This document shows, in pieces, positions 18,493 to 27,524 of a DNA stretch of 64,000 bases. Numbering within the stretch: the first letter of the stretch is position 1; each line of letters starts with the position of its first letter. The DNA lies in NCBI GenBank assembly GCA_018608405.1, contig JABAZP010000032.1:17956-81955 (forward strand), given 5' to 3'. The stretch is from Flavobacteriales bacterium (GTDB lineage Bacteria > Bacteroidota > Bacteroidia > Flavobacteriales_E > Vicingaceae). The translations under genes were made by a program, and so were the position numbers. The notes beneath the pieces were generated by a model. That model saw nothing but the letters and a program-made list of their open reading frames with translations, did no database searches and was not told the DNA's origin.

Positions 18493-19772
18493 ATAATCAA
18501 GTTGCCATATCAGTATCAGGTCTTTCAAAGAGTTACCCTTTGCGCAGTTCGGGTATTGGGGTTAATCAAAACAGAAAGGAAGTTTTTCATGCTTTAAAAA
18601 ACATCTCGTTTGACATCAATAAGGGTGAAAATATAGTAATTATTGGAGCAAACGGAAGCGGTAAAAGTACTTTGTTAAAAATTTTAGCAGGTGTTACAAA
18701 ACCAGGCTCAGGTATTGTCCAAATTCGAGGGAAAGTTGCTAGTATCTTAGATATTGGAGCAGGTTTTCATCCAGAATTAAATGGGCTGGAAAATATTTAT
18801 TTAAATGGGCAACTTTTAGGATTTACAAAAGCAGATATTAAACCAAAAGTTGAAGCAATAATTGAATTTAGTGGAATTGGTCATTTTATAAATGAACCAG
18901 TAAAAAGCTATTCAAGTGGAATGTTTTTACGTTTGGCTTTTAGTATTGTAGTTCATCTAGATTTTGATGTTTACCTGTTTGATGAAGTGCTGAGTGTTGG
19001 GGATGCTGAATTTTTGAAAAAGACTCAACAGTTTATTGCCGAGTTGAATAGTGATCAAAATAGAACAATTGTTTCAGTAACCCATAACATGAACGAAGTT
19101 CATTTCGATAATAAAGTATTTGTGTTAGATCAAGGGAGTTTAGAGACTGGAGATCCTAAATTTCTTTTAGAAAAATATTTCCAAGAAAAAACCATTGACA
19201 AAAATTTTGCAAATTTGGTCACTCATAATTCTAGAGTTAAACAATTTGAAATTGAAACAAATAGTAAGTATATAGAACTACTTGACGTTGAAATATGGCA
19301 AGAAGAGGGAATAAAGAACTTTAGGACAGATTTACCAATTGAAATAAGTTTTACATACAAGAAAAAGTCGAATGAGTTTTATATTGACCCAATGGTTTCA
19401 ATTTCTAATTTCTCAGGAAGAATTATATTAACCACTGCACCATTTGTTAAGGGAGATTTTGACTCAAGTTTAGGCCCCGGGGTAGTAAAGCAAGCAGTTG
19501 TTTTTCCTGCATATTTCTTTAATTCTCAAATTTATTTTATCAGTGTATATTTCATCAGAAACGCTCAAGTTATTTTTAATAATATCTTCGACGAAGAAAC
19601 GGACAATTTAGATGAAATAAAGAAAACTCAAGTTTTCTTGAGCCTTACTAATTTTATTCCTTTCAAATTATTATTGTCAGGCGCCAATACCAATGCTGAC
19701 ATTTCAAACATTGATATAAGTGGGGCTTTATTGGCGGGTTTACATTGGGAAGAAAAGGAGGAAGCTACATGA
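18489..19772 (+). CDS. wzt: Polysaccharide ABC transporter ATP-binding protein with ~190-aa C-terminal extension (Wzt-like)
   Basis: Walker A GANGSGKST, signature YSSGMFLRLAFS, Walker B VYLFDEVLSVGD, H-loop VTHNM. Residues ~235-427 form an extra beta-rich domain where Wzt proteins carry their glycan-terminus-binding module. Confidence 0.9.
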   Translation: MNNQVAISVSGLSKSYPLRSSGIGVNQNRKEVFHALKNISFDINKGENIVIIGANGSGKSTLLKILAGVTKPGSGIVQIRGKVASILDIGAGFHPELNGLENIYLNGQLLGFTKADIKPKVEAIIEFSGIGHFINEPVKSYSSGMFLRLAFSIVVHLDFDVYLFDEVLSVGDAEFLKKTQQFIAELNSDQNRTIVSVTHNMNEVHFDNKVFVLDQGSLETGDPKFLLEKYFQEKTIDKNFANLVTHNSRVKQFEIETNSKYIELLDVEIWQEEGIKNFRTDLPIEISFTYKKKSNEFYIDPMVSISNFSGRIILTTAPFVKGDFDSSLGPGVVKQAVVFPAYFFNSQIYFISVYFIRNAQVIFNNIFDEETDNLDEIKKTQVFLSLTNFIPFKLLLSGANTNADISNIDISGALLAGLHWEEKEEAT

Positions 19773-20473
19773 ATTTAGAATTCACAAAATCTATTCTTGA
19801 TTATATAAAAAGTCCTTCAGACGTAGATAGCTTAACTAAGTTTGAAGAGCTGATTTATAATAAAGAAAGGCTTACGTTGATTGAAAGAAGCTTTTACGAT
19901 AAGTTCATTGTTTTTCTAATTTACAACGATATATCAAAAGTACAAGGAGATGTGGTTAATGTTGGAATATTTAGAGGAGGGTTTTCTCTTTTCTTAAAAG
20001 CTTTCTTTTCAGACTTGCACATTACCTGTCATTTTTGGTTATTCGATTCCTTCATAGGGTTTGAGAACTTGAACCCTGATAGTAAATTAGAGAAGGAGTC
20101 TTTATTGTGGTTTAATTCATACCTAGAAAAAATAAAATTTCCATCTCATCAATCAGTTTCAGAGCTTTTTGAAAAATTTAATATGACTGAAAGTCTTTCA
20201 ATTATTGAAGGGGATATAGAAGAAACATACCGACACTTTGACGGGGATAGTATAAGTATTCTGCATATAGATGTTGATTTTTATTCGCCAACATATAATA
20301 GTTTAAAATTCTTCTATGATTTGGTTTCTATCGGCGGCATAATTGTAATTGATGATTATTATTTAGAGCAAACCAATTGTAAAGAAGCAGTGGATAGTTT
20401 TAGAATAGAAAAAAATATCCAATCACCGTTGATTAAATTGGGTAACTACCAAGTAGGGTGGGTAAAAAGTTAA
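19769..20473 (+). CDS. TylF/MycF-family class I SAM-dependent O-methyltransferase (copy 1)
   Basis: VVNVGIFRGGFSLFL (SAM loop) and LHIDVDFYSPTYNSLKFFYDLVSIGGIIVIDDYY. ATG 19769 forms an ATGA overlap with the wzt stop. The track start 19745 lies inside wzt. Confidence 0.8.
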   Translation: MNLEFTKSILDYIKSPSDVDSLTKFEELIYNKERLTLIERSFYDKFIVFLIYNDISKVQGDVVNVGIFRGGFSLFLKAFFSDLHITCHFWLFDSFIGFENLNPDSKLEKESLLWFNSYLEKIKFPSHQSVSELFEKFNMTESLSIIEGDIEETYRHFDGDSISILHIDVDFYSPTYNSLKFFYDLVSIGGIIVIDDYYLEQTNCKEAVDSFRIEKNIQSPLIKLGNYQVGWVKS

Positions 20474-20474
20474 T

Positions 20475-21341
20475 ATGCAAAAGTTAAAAGACGAATTATC
20501 TAAAATTTATACATCTAAGGTGTTTCAAGATTTTTTGATCAGAAATAATCGTTTAGTTCAATACCATTCAGAGTCTTATAAAGAGTATTTTGGATTCAAT
20601 ATTAATCGTGGGAAAGCTGAAAACATAAAATTTTATATAACTTATTTAAGGCACCTAAGCGAAAAGGAGCTGGTTCAGTTATTAGGATTTAATCCTCCCA
20701 TAAATCTAAAAAAGGCATTCCAAGAGAGGAGTAATAATTATGACCCTAAAAAAGGTGGTACGGGGACAACTTTTACATTTAAATATGATGTTGGAGCAAA
20801 TCGTTTTACAATTGGGGTCTATTTTTTAATAAATAATAGTAAAGGGTGGAATATAGATGATTATCCGTTTTTAGTTAATTATAAAGAACAAACAGGTGAA
20901 GGTGTCGAGTTAAGCAGTGAGTACTTGTTGTATTATGAGTTTGACACTAACCACGAAATGTTAAATACAAGAATCCACTGCTACTCAAAATCCAAAAAAT
21001 TATTCAGTTTTTTAGAAAAAAAGTATGATCAAGTTATACAGCCTTTTACGCATGAGTTAGAAATTTATTTTGATAGAAAATCAATGAATAAGTCTAAGGT
21101 AAATTTATTAATGGACTTAGTAATGTTCAGAGGGCCATATCAAGAGACTAGGTCAGGGAGAGAAATTTCTAATTTTATCAAACGCAACTCCTTTTTAAAT
21201 AAGTTTTTACCTGTTTGCCCAGGTTTTTATAGTGATAGTAGTATTCTGTCAATTTACTTCATGAACCTTACGGCGGAAATAGATAGTCCAATTCACACCT
21301 TTGAAAATTTATTTAATGTATTAAATTATGAATATCAGTAG
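20475..21341 (+). CDS. Hypothetical 288-aa protein with five-fold beta-hairpin periodicity (see findings)
   Basis: Compactly packed ORF (2-bp gap upstream, 14-bp overlap downstream). No signal peptide, no TM helix, no named motif. Confidence 0.6.
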   Translation: MQKLKDELSKIYTSKVFQDFLIRNNRLVQYHSESYKEYFGFNINRGKAENIKFYITYLRHLSEKELVQLLGFNPPINLKKAFQERSNNYDPKKGGTGTTFTFKYDVGANRFTIGVYFLINNSKGWNIDDYPFLVNYKEQTGEGVELSSEYLLYYEFDTNHEMLNTRIHCYSKSKKLFSFLEKKYDQVIQPFTHELEIYFDRKSMNKSKVNLLMDLVMFRGPYQETRSGREISNFIKRNSFLNKFLPVCPGFYSDSSILSIYFMNLTAEIDSPIHTFENLFNVLNYEYQ

Positions 21342-22035
21342 TTTAAGCACAGTTGTAAATAGTATTAAGTTTATCCCTGAGGAGGTATCCGAATTTGACT
21401 TAGGAGATTTTCTTTATTCGGAAGATATCGACATTTTACTGCATAAATCTCAGTTAAATCATTTCTTAGATATTTTAGAATTACACAATGCATATGAAAT
21501 AGAAGGAGATATTGTGGAATGCGGTGTTTGGAGAGGAGCATCTGCTGCCATTCTCAAATCAAGTGTAAATGCAATATCCCCTAGCAAAAAAATGTTTTTG
21601 TTTGATTTTTTTGGCGAAGACGTAACTTTAAATCTCGATAAATTAACGGTCAAAGAAAAGTTATTAATCAATAGGGTTGATGGTAAAAAAATTAAGCTAC
21701 CGAACTTGGAGAGTGTTAAACAACAACTAGAAAAGTTTAAGTTGCTAGATGATTCGGTATATTTTGTTCAAGGTGACGTAATTGAAACCACCCGGAAAAG
21801 CCAACTGGGTAAAATCTCGCTTCTACATCTTGATTTAGATTTTTCTTACACAACAGACTTTGTTTTAAACCAACTTTATGACAGAGTTGCAAAAGGGGGA
21901 ATAATTGTAATTAATGATTATAACATGCAAAGTTTAGATTGTAAGAGAGCTGTGGATGAATTTATGAATCAGCATCAAATTAAAAATAAACTCATCGAAG
22001 TGGGCAGTCATCTTGCTTATTGGATAAAGGATTAA
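21328..22035 (+). CDS. TylF/MycF-family O-methyltransferase (copy 2)
   Basis: IVECGVWRGASAAILK and LHLDLDFSYTTDFVLNQLYDRVAKGGIIVINDYN. Confidence 0.8.
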   Translation: MNISSLSTVVNSIKFIPEEVSEFDLGDFLYSEDIDILLHKSQLNHFLDILELHNAYEIEGDIVECGVWRGASAAILKSSVNAISPSKKMFLFDFFGEDVTLNLDKLTVKEKLLINRVDGKKIKLPNLESVKQQLEKFKLLDDSVYFVQGDVIETTRKSQLGKISLLHLDLDFSYTTDFVLNQLYDRVAKGGIIVINDYNMQSLDCKRAVDEFMNQHQIKNKLIEVGSHLAYWIKD

Positions 22036-22038
22036 AAT

Positions 22039-23616
22039 ATGCAGGTTCCAATAGCATTCTTTATTTACAAAAGACCTGAGTTAACCAAAGCGGTTTTCCA
22101 GCAAATTATTGCATCTCAATTAAAAGACGTATTTGTGTTTGCTGATGGACCAATTAATGACTTAGAAAAAGAGAAGTGCGAAGAAACTAGGGCAATTATA
22201 GACCAGTTTCAAGACGGTAAAATGCGACTCCACAAACATTACCAAGAAGACAACATTGGGCTGTATGAAAACATCAAGCAAGGATTGAGTTTAGTATTCA
22301 CTCAATTCGATCAAGTAATAATTTTAGAGGATGATTGTATGCCTCATCAATCGTTTTTTACATTCTGTTTAAAGAATTTAGAAAAGTTTAGATACGATCA
22401 TCACATAATGCAAATTAGCGGAACTTCATTGTTGAATGATAGTGATGGAGGCTTTAAGTCACTAGAGTCAAAGTATAGTTTGCCAAATTGGGGTTGGGCT
22501 ACTTGGAAAAGAGCTTGGGAAAAATTTAATCCAGAATTTACCACCTTCAAAACGAACGAGGACTTTTTTACAAAAAAATTAATTAATGACGATAGTTTAC
22601 CAATAATTAAAGCGTTAAGCTCATTAAGTTATGGAAATAGAAATTCTTGGGATGTTCAATGGATGGCTGATTTGTGGATAAATGGTGGACATACGATCCT
22701 ACCAAGCACTAATTTGATAACTAACCTGGGTAATGGTGAGGGCTCTAGTTATATGCCTGAGTCAAGCCCTTTCTGCATTCCAACTCCCAACCAGGAATTG
22801 GAACTCGTTTCGAATATATATGAGAAAATTTCTATTGAGCAAGAGTCAAGGATTGAAAGTTCCGTAGCAGACCTTATTGATGGATTTATTAGTGCAAGTC
22901 AAGATGTTTTTTCTCTTACAAAGCAAATTATAAAACACATAGAGCCAAGAGGATATAAAGAAAAATATAGTTCATTAGAGGAGCTAAAAGAGGATTTGAT
23001 TCCTTTACCAAAATTCACCTTATTACCTAAGTCTTTTTTCAATTTGTTTTTAGAAAAATATTCTAAAAAGGATCCTATTTTTAATGGAAACTGGGTTCAA
23101 GTTGGTTGTTGGAAAGGCGGGAGTTCTTTATTCTTAGCCTCCTTGAGGGAAGAAGCTAGAGCAGCGGGAAAATTATTTATAATTGATACATTTGGAGATA
23201 TACCTACGAGTAATCTGCATTGGGAAAAGGATATTGCCTTTGTAAATTATTTTCAAATGAATTCTCCAATTTCAAGTTACAAATTAGAAGTCGAAAGCCT
23301 TTTAAGAAAATATGACTTACTTGAAGCTTCGAGAATAATAGATACTACAATTGAATCTTTATTACCTGAGCAATTACCAGAACAAATAAGTTTTGTTTTT
23401 ATAGACTTAGATTTTTACGAACCAACTTTGTTAAGTCTAGAGAAACTATATAATTCAATTGTGAAAAATGGCGTTATATTAATCGATGATTATTATTCAC
23501 CATTCTTTAATTGCAGAGAGGCGGTTGATCACTTTTTTACCGTAAAAAGGGAAAAAAGAGAAGTAAGTTTTGAGCAGTTTTCGAGTAATATTTTAATGAT
23601 TCACAAACATGGTTAA
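22039..23616 (+). CDS. Bifunctional fusion: GT-A (GNT-I/HlpA-like) glycosyltransferase domain plus TylF-type methyltransferase domain (copy 3)
   Basis: The N-terminal half (VPIAFFIYKRPELT...FADGP...ILEDDCMP...LPNWGWATWKRAW) is paralogous to the next gene. The C-terminal half has WVQVGCWKGGSSLFL and VFIDLDFYEPTLLSLEKLYNSIVKNGVILIDDYY. Confidence 0.75.
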   Translation: MQVPIAFFIYKRPELTKAVFQQIIASQLKDVFVFADGPINDLEKEKCEETRAIIDQFQDGKMRLHKHYQEDNIGLYENIKQGLSLVFTQFDQVIILEDDCMPHQSFFTFCLKNLEKFRYDHHIMQISGTSLLNDSDGGFKSLESKYSLPNWGWATWKRAWEKFNPEFTTFKTNEDFFTKKLINDDSLPIIKALSSLSYGNRNSWDVQWMADLWINGGHTILPSTNLITNLGNGEGSSYMPESSPFCIPTPNQELELVSNIYEKISIEQESRIESSVADLIDGFISASQDVFSLTKQIIKHIEPRGYKEKYSSLEELKEDLIPLPKFTLLPKSFFNLFLEKYSKKDPIFNGNWVQVGCWKGGSSLFLASLREEARAAGKLFIIDTFGDIPTSNLHWEKDIAFVNYFQMNSPISSYKLEVESLLRKYDLLEASRIIDTTIESLLPEQLPEQISFVFIDLDFYEPTLLSLEKLYNSIVKNGVILIDDYYSPFFNCREAVDHFFTVKREKREVSFEQFSSNILMIHKHG

Positions 23617-24466
23617 CACTCCAGTAGTAATTTTTTTATACAAGAAATTGGCTTCTGTTGAGATAATTTTAAATAAGCTTTGTAAAAGCGCTCCATCAAC
23701 GGTTTACATTGTAATGGATGGGCCTGAAGACCTTAAAACTAGAGAAAGGCAGAACGAAATAATGGAGGTAATTAGCATATTTAACTTTACCGTCCCTTTT
23801 CAAATTATTCGTCCAAAAGTTCATTTGGGAATCAGAACAATCATTCAATTTGGATTAAACAAGGTTTTCGAAACTGAAGAGCGCGCAATAATTCTAGAAG
23901 ATGACACTTTACCTTCACCCCTGTTTTTCAACTTTTGTGAAAAGATGTTGAACCAATTCGAGAATGAATCAACCGTTGGCTGTATAAACGGATCTAATCT
24001 AGGAATTGAAGCAGGGAAACAACACTACTTTATGTCCAAGTTAAGTCTGCCCTTTTGGGGCTGGGCAACTTGGAAAAACCGATGGGAACAATTTCCAGAG
24101 AAGTATGATTTTTGGTTGAAATTTAGGGCACAACAATCAAATCATGAGATATTTGAAGAAAGCACTCTCGCTATATTTGATCGCTTTGTGAAGAAAGATA
24201 AATCGTGGGATGTAAAGTGGGCGATGTATTTATTAGCTAGTTCTTTAAGAACTGTTTTCCCGGGTGAAAATTTAATTTCAAACGTAGGGTTTACCGGCGA
24301 AGCAACTTTTACGAACATTTCTAACTCTAGTTTTTCCAATTTGGCTGCAGAAGAATCTACCTTTGGAGAAGAAGATTTTAAGGAAGAAAAACAGTTGGAA
24401 GATAAATATTTATTAAAAACTAAAGAACTTATTCAGGAAATGGCAAGAAGAGATACCAAACTATGA
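23609..24466 (+). CDS. GT-A fold glycosyltransferase-like protein (GNT-I/HlpA-like), paralog of the N-terminal half of 22039..23616
   Basis: TPVVIFLYKK...VMDGP...IILEDDTLP...LPFWGWATWKNRW...SWDVKW aligns with the upstream fusion protein. Confidence 0.7.
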   Translation: MVNTPVVIFLYKKLASVEIILNKLCKSAPSTVYIVMDGPEDLKTRERQNEIMEVISIFNFTVPFQIIRPKVHLGIRTIIQFGLNKVFETEERAIILEDDTLPSPLFFNFCEKMLNQFENESTVGCINGSNLGIEAGKQHYFMSKLSLPFWGWATWKNRWEQFPEKYDFWLKFRAQQSNHEIFEESTLAIFDRFVKKDKSWDVKWAMYLLASSLRTVFPGENLISNVGFTGEATFTNISNSSFSNLAAEESTFGEEDFKEEKQLEDKYLLKTKELIQEMARRDTKL

Positions 24467-25335
24467 AACGACCAATTTTTAAGAATCAAGAACACGACAA
24501 GCTATATTTAAGGAATGGATATATCCAGTCGAATTTACTTTCGTCTAAGCAAGTTGAGTATCTCTTGGGAAAAATTTTAGAACTTAAACCTGACGATAAT
24601 TTTTCGCCAGATCGGAAGGGAGCTTCGAACTATCATTGTTCCTTTTTAGATACAAATGAAGAATATAAAAAAGCATCTAACAGGCTATTCAAATCTGTTT
24701 TTAATCCAATAGTTGATACCCTTTTCCACAACTACGAAATTTGGAATGCCAATCTATATGTAAAACAACCCGGCAAAGGGAAGTTTGAGATTCATCAGAA
24801 CTGGACTCATGTGGAAAAAGAAGAACAGACAACATTTACGATTTGGTGCCCATTAGTTGATACATCAATTGAAAACGGAACATTAGCTTTGGTAGAAGGT
24901 AGCCATAAGATAATAGCTGACCTTGCAACATTGAATGTTCCTTATTATTTTAAAAACTTCGAAGCTAAACTTTTAGAGAAATATCTTAAGCCAATGCCTT
25001 GTTCAGCAGGAGATGCTATAATTTTTGAAGATGGAGTGATTCATTATTCAGATGTAAATAAATCTGATAAGCCTAGGTATGCATTACAAATATTGATTGG
25101 ACCTAAAGAAGTGAACCCTGTCTACTATTATTTTGATGAGAGTAAAAACGAATTTGAAGTATTTGAGATTAATGAAGATTTTTTCTTGAAAAATAATTAC
25201 ACGACTTTTCATAAAAGACCTGCAGATCATGTTTCAAAAGGAAGCATAAAGAATGAAAATAGGTTAATTGAAGAAGAAGGATTTGTTGAGGCTTTGAAAA
25301 ATGGAAATCTAAGAAGAGAAACTCTTTATTCATAG
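24463..25335 (+). CDS. PhyH-like Fe(II)/2-oxoglutarate dioxygenase homolog with HxN in place of HxD
   Basis: Aligns by eye with the two paralogs at 34751 and 35838: FEIHQNWTHVE vs MLHQDWNVVDE, ENGTLALVEGSHK vs RNGCIQVLKGSHK, GDAIIFEDGVIH vs GDAIVFRHSVIH. Confidence 0.65.
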   Translation: MKRPIFKNQEHDKLYLRNGYIQSNLLSSKQVEYLLGKILELKPDDNFSPDRKGASNYHCSFLDTNEEYKKASNRLFKSVFNPIVDTLFHNYEIWNANLYVKQPGKGKFEIHQNWTHVEKEEQTTFTIWCPLVDTSIENGTLALVEGSHKIIADLATLNVPYYFKNFEAKLLEKYLKPMPCSAGDAIIFEDGVIHYSDVNKSDKPRYALQILIGPKEVNPVYYYFDESKNEFEVFEINEDFFLKNNYTTFHKRPADHVSKGSIKNENRLIEEEGFVEALKNGNLRRETLYS

Positions 25336-25367
25336 TTTGGTCTTAATTAAAGCAAAATAGGTGCTTA

Positions 25368-27524
25368 ATGAGTAAGGTATTAAATATTACAAACGCAGAT
25401 TTTTTGCAGAACCCTTATATTACTTATGGGTCGCTTAGAAAATTAGGCGCCGTTCATTTTTTGCCAGAAAACAATACGTGGTTGGTCGTTGACTTTGAGG
25501 AGATCAAACAAATCCTGGATAATCCTAGCTTGTTCTCATCTGAAGGCGAAAATGGATTTGATCCGATTTTGCTAAATTGTGACCCTCCGAAACATACACA
25601 TCACAGAAAGATACTAACTGGTGATGGAGCACCTTTCTCTTCTAAGCGAATCTCAAAATTGGAAACAGACAATAGAGAAATTGCACAAGCCCTGCTACAA
25701 CCATTGCTTGAAAATACTAGTATCGAAGTTTTAAGTGACTTTGCACTTCCATTCTCCTCTTTAGTGATTCTAAATTTGTTGGGAATAAACACTCAAAATA
25801 ACGCGGCACTAAAAGCTTGGTCTCAGTCAGTAGTGGCAAATAAACCGAATAGTAAATCTGATTTTGCCGAGCAAAAATGGGAACAGTTGAAACCAATTGT
25901 GAAACAATGGATTAACGATGCAAATAAAAACCCTGAAGGCGAAGGGTTAAGTGAAATCATTTTTCACTCCTTTTCTCAAAAAAATTTTACAGACGAGGAT
26001 ACTCTTAACCTAGTCAAGGTATTGTTGCTCGGAGGTAACGAGACAACACCAAATTTAATTTCTTCTGCCTTGTTGATTTTGTTGAATAATAGTGAACTGC
26101 TTAACGAGGTAAGAAACAATTATGACTTAATTGATGCGGTCATAAACGAAACGCTGAGGTTGGAAACTCCAACCCAAATTATTCATCGTACAACAAGAGA
26201 AAATGTTACTATTGGAAAGAAGCTAATTCCAAAAGGTAGCCTAGTAAGTTTAGCTCTAGGAGCTGCAAATAGAGATCCTAAAGTTTTTGAGAACCCTCAT
26301 AAATTTGATATTAATAGTAAAGAAAGAAAAATACTTTCTTTCGGTTTTGGTCCTCATTATTGTTTGGGTGCTCATTTGGCAAAGCAAGAAGCACAAATTA
26401 CGCTGGAATTGTTATTGAAGAGTTTTCCAGATCTGCGCTTGGATAAACAGGAGCATTTAGTGTATAAGTCTTCTAGCTTTGTGCGAGGGTTGGAAAGATT
26501 AACTATTAAGCTTTCTGAAAATAAGTTTCATAAGCCTATTTCAACAGTTAAAAAAGAGGCAGTAGAGTTGTTGAAGAATTCAACATTGCCAAACGGAGAA
26601 TTTCCAACTTATGAGTATTATCCAAACACTGAAGAGTTAAGGCCAAAAGGATGGCACATTACAGCACCGTCTCCTTTTGTGCACGCCAATGTAGTTTTAT
26701 CATTGATTAATTTGAAGAATATAGGATTGGAATCAGTCATTGTGAAAGGAACTGAATTTATTCAATCTCAAAAAGAATACGGTGACGTTTGGCGGTTTTG
26801 GCAATTTGGCTCTGCTGCCAACAACGTTCCACCAGATGCGGACGATACGGCAATTTGCTCTGCAGTATTGGAGTCGGTTGGGAAGAAACTAGAGAATAGA
26901 AAGTTATTGGAAGCTAATATTGAAGCCAATGGAGTTCTAAAAACATGGATCTCTCCTAAGCTCAGTGATTTTTTTATGAGACCAAGGCTGAGCTACAAAT
27001 GGTGGAGAGAAAAGCAATATTACCAGCCAACGGTTGATGCCAATTTGTTGAATTTAAATGATTTTGAGTTGGGAGTTATGGCGAATACTCTCCTGTATTT
27101 AGGTGAAAATAGCATTACAAAACCAAGCGTTGAACTTTGTATAGATTTATGGAAGGATAACAAGGGTACCAATCATTTCTACAATAACGATATGGTTATT
27201 GCCTATCATATAGCCAGGGCCTATAAACGAGGAATAGCTTCTTTTGAGAAACTGTCAGCAGATATTTTGGAACGAATTGAAATTCGGTTCAACACCCTAT
27301 CTTTTCCGGAATTACTATTAGCAGGCTTGTGTATTAAATACTTTAAGTTAACTACTAACATGGGAAATCGAATTGCTGATAGAGTTAAAAGTAGTGTTGT
27401 TGAAGAAGACTTTGTATTTCCGCACTTTGGGTATTTTACTTCAAAAGATAGAAATTATGTGGCAGGTTCGCCCATGTTATTGGTATGTTGGTTTTTAGAG
27501 TTAAGCGAAGAATGGGACTGTTAA
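25368..27524 (+). CDS. Cytochrome P450 fused to a C-terminal squalene-hopene-cyclase-like (class II terpene cyclase-like) domain
   Basis: P450 signatures: I-helix LLLGGNETTPN, ExxR in NETLRLE, heme loop FGFGPHYCLGAHLA (Cys codon 26361..26363). After residue ~395 the helical-repeat domain carries a QW-like KGTEFIQSQKEYGDVW motif and PPDADDTAICSAVL (DADDTA at 26835..26852). Confidence 0.8.
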   Translation: MSKVLNITNADFLQNPYITYGSLRKLGAVHFLPENNTWLVVDFEEIKQILDNPSLFSSEGENGFDPILLNCDPPKHTHHRKILTGDGAPFSSKRISKLETDNREIAQALLQPLLENTSIEVLSDFALPFSSLVILNLLGINTQNNAALKAWSQSVVANKPNSKSDFAEQKWEQLKPIVKQWINDANKNPEGEGLSEIIFHSFSQKNFTDEDTLNLVKVLLLGGNETTPNLISSALLILLNNSELLNEVRNNYDLIDAVINETLRLETPTQIIHRTTRENVTIGKKLIPKGSLVSLALGAANRDPKVFENPHKFDINSKERKILSFGFGPHYCLGAHLAKQEAQITLELLLKSFPDLRLDKQEHLVYKSSSFVRGLERLTIKLSENKFHKPISTVKKEAVELLKNSTLPNGEFPTYEYYPNTEELRPKGWHITAPSPFVHANVVLSLINLKNIGLESVIVKGTEFIQSQKEYGDVWRFWQFGSAANNVPPDADDTAICSAVLESVGKKLENRKLLEANIEANGVLKTWISPKLSDFFMRPRLSYKWWREKQYYQPTVDANLLNLNDFELGVMANTLLYLGENSITKPSVELCIDLWKDNKGTNHFYNNDMVIAYHIARAYKRGIASFEKLSADILERIEIRFNTLSFPELLLAGLCIKYFKLTTNMGNRIADRVKSSVVEEDFVFPHFGYFTSKDRNYVAGSPMLLVCWFLELSEEWDC

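Noticed and set aside
19754-19762. AAGGAGGA Shine-Dalgarno-like sequence just upstream of the first TylF methyltransferase start.
   Set aside because: It simply encodes the EKEE tail of Wzt. Bacteroidota-type genomes rarely use SD pairing, and no similar sequence precedes the other genes I checked.
26500-26600. Possibility that the P450 and cyclase-like parts are two genes artificially joined.
   Set aside because: The frame is continuous with no stop, and there is no plausible internal start with a spacer. I keep it as a fusion but list resequencing as a refutation test.
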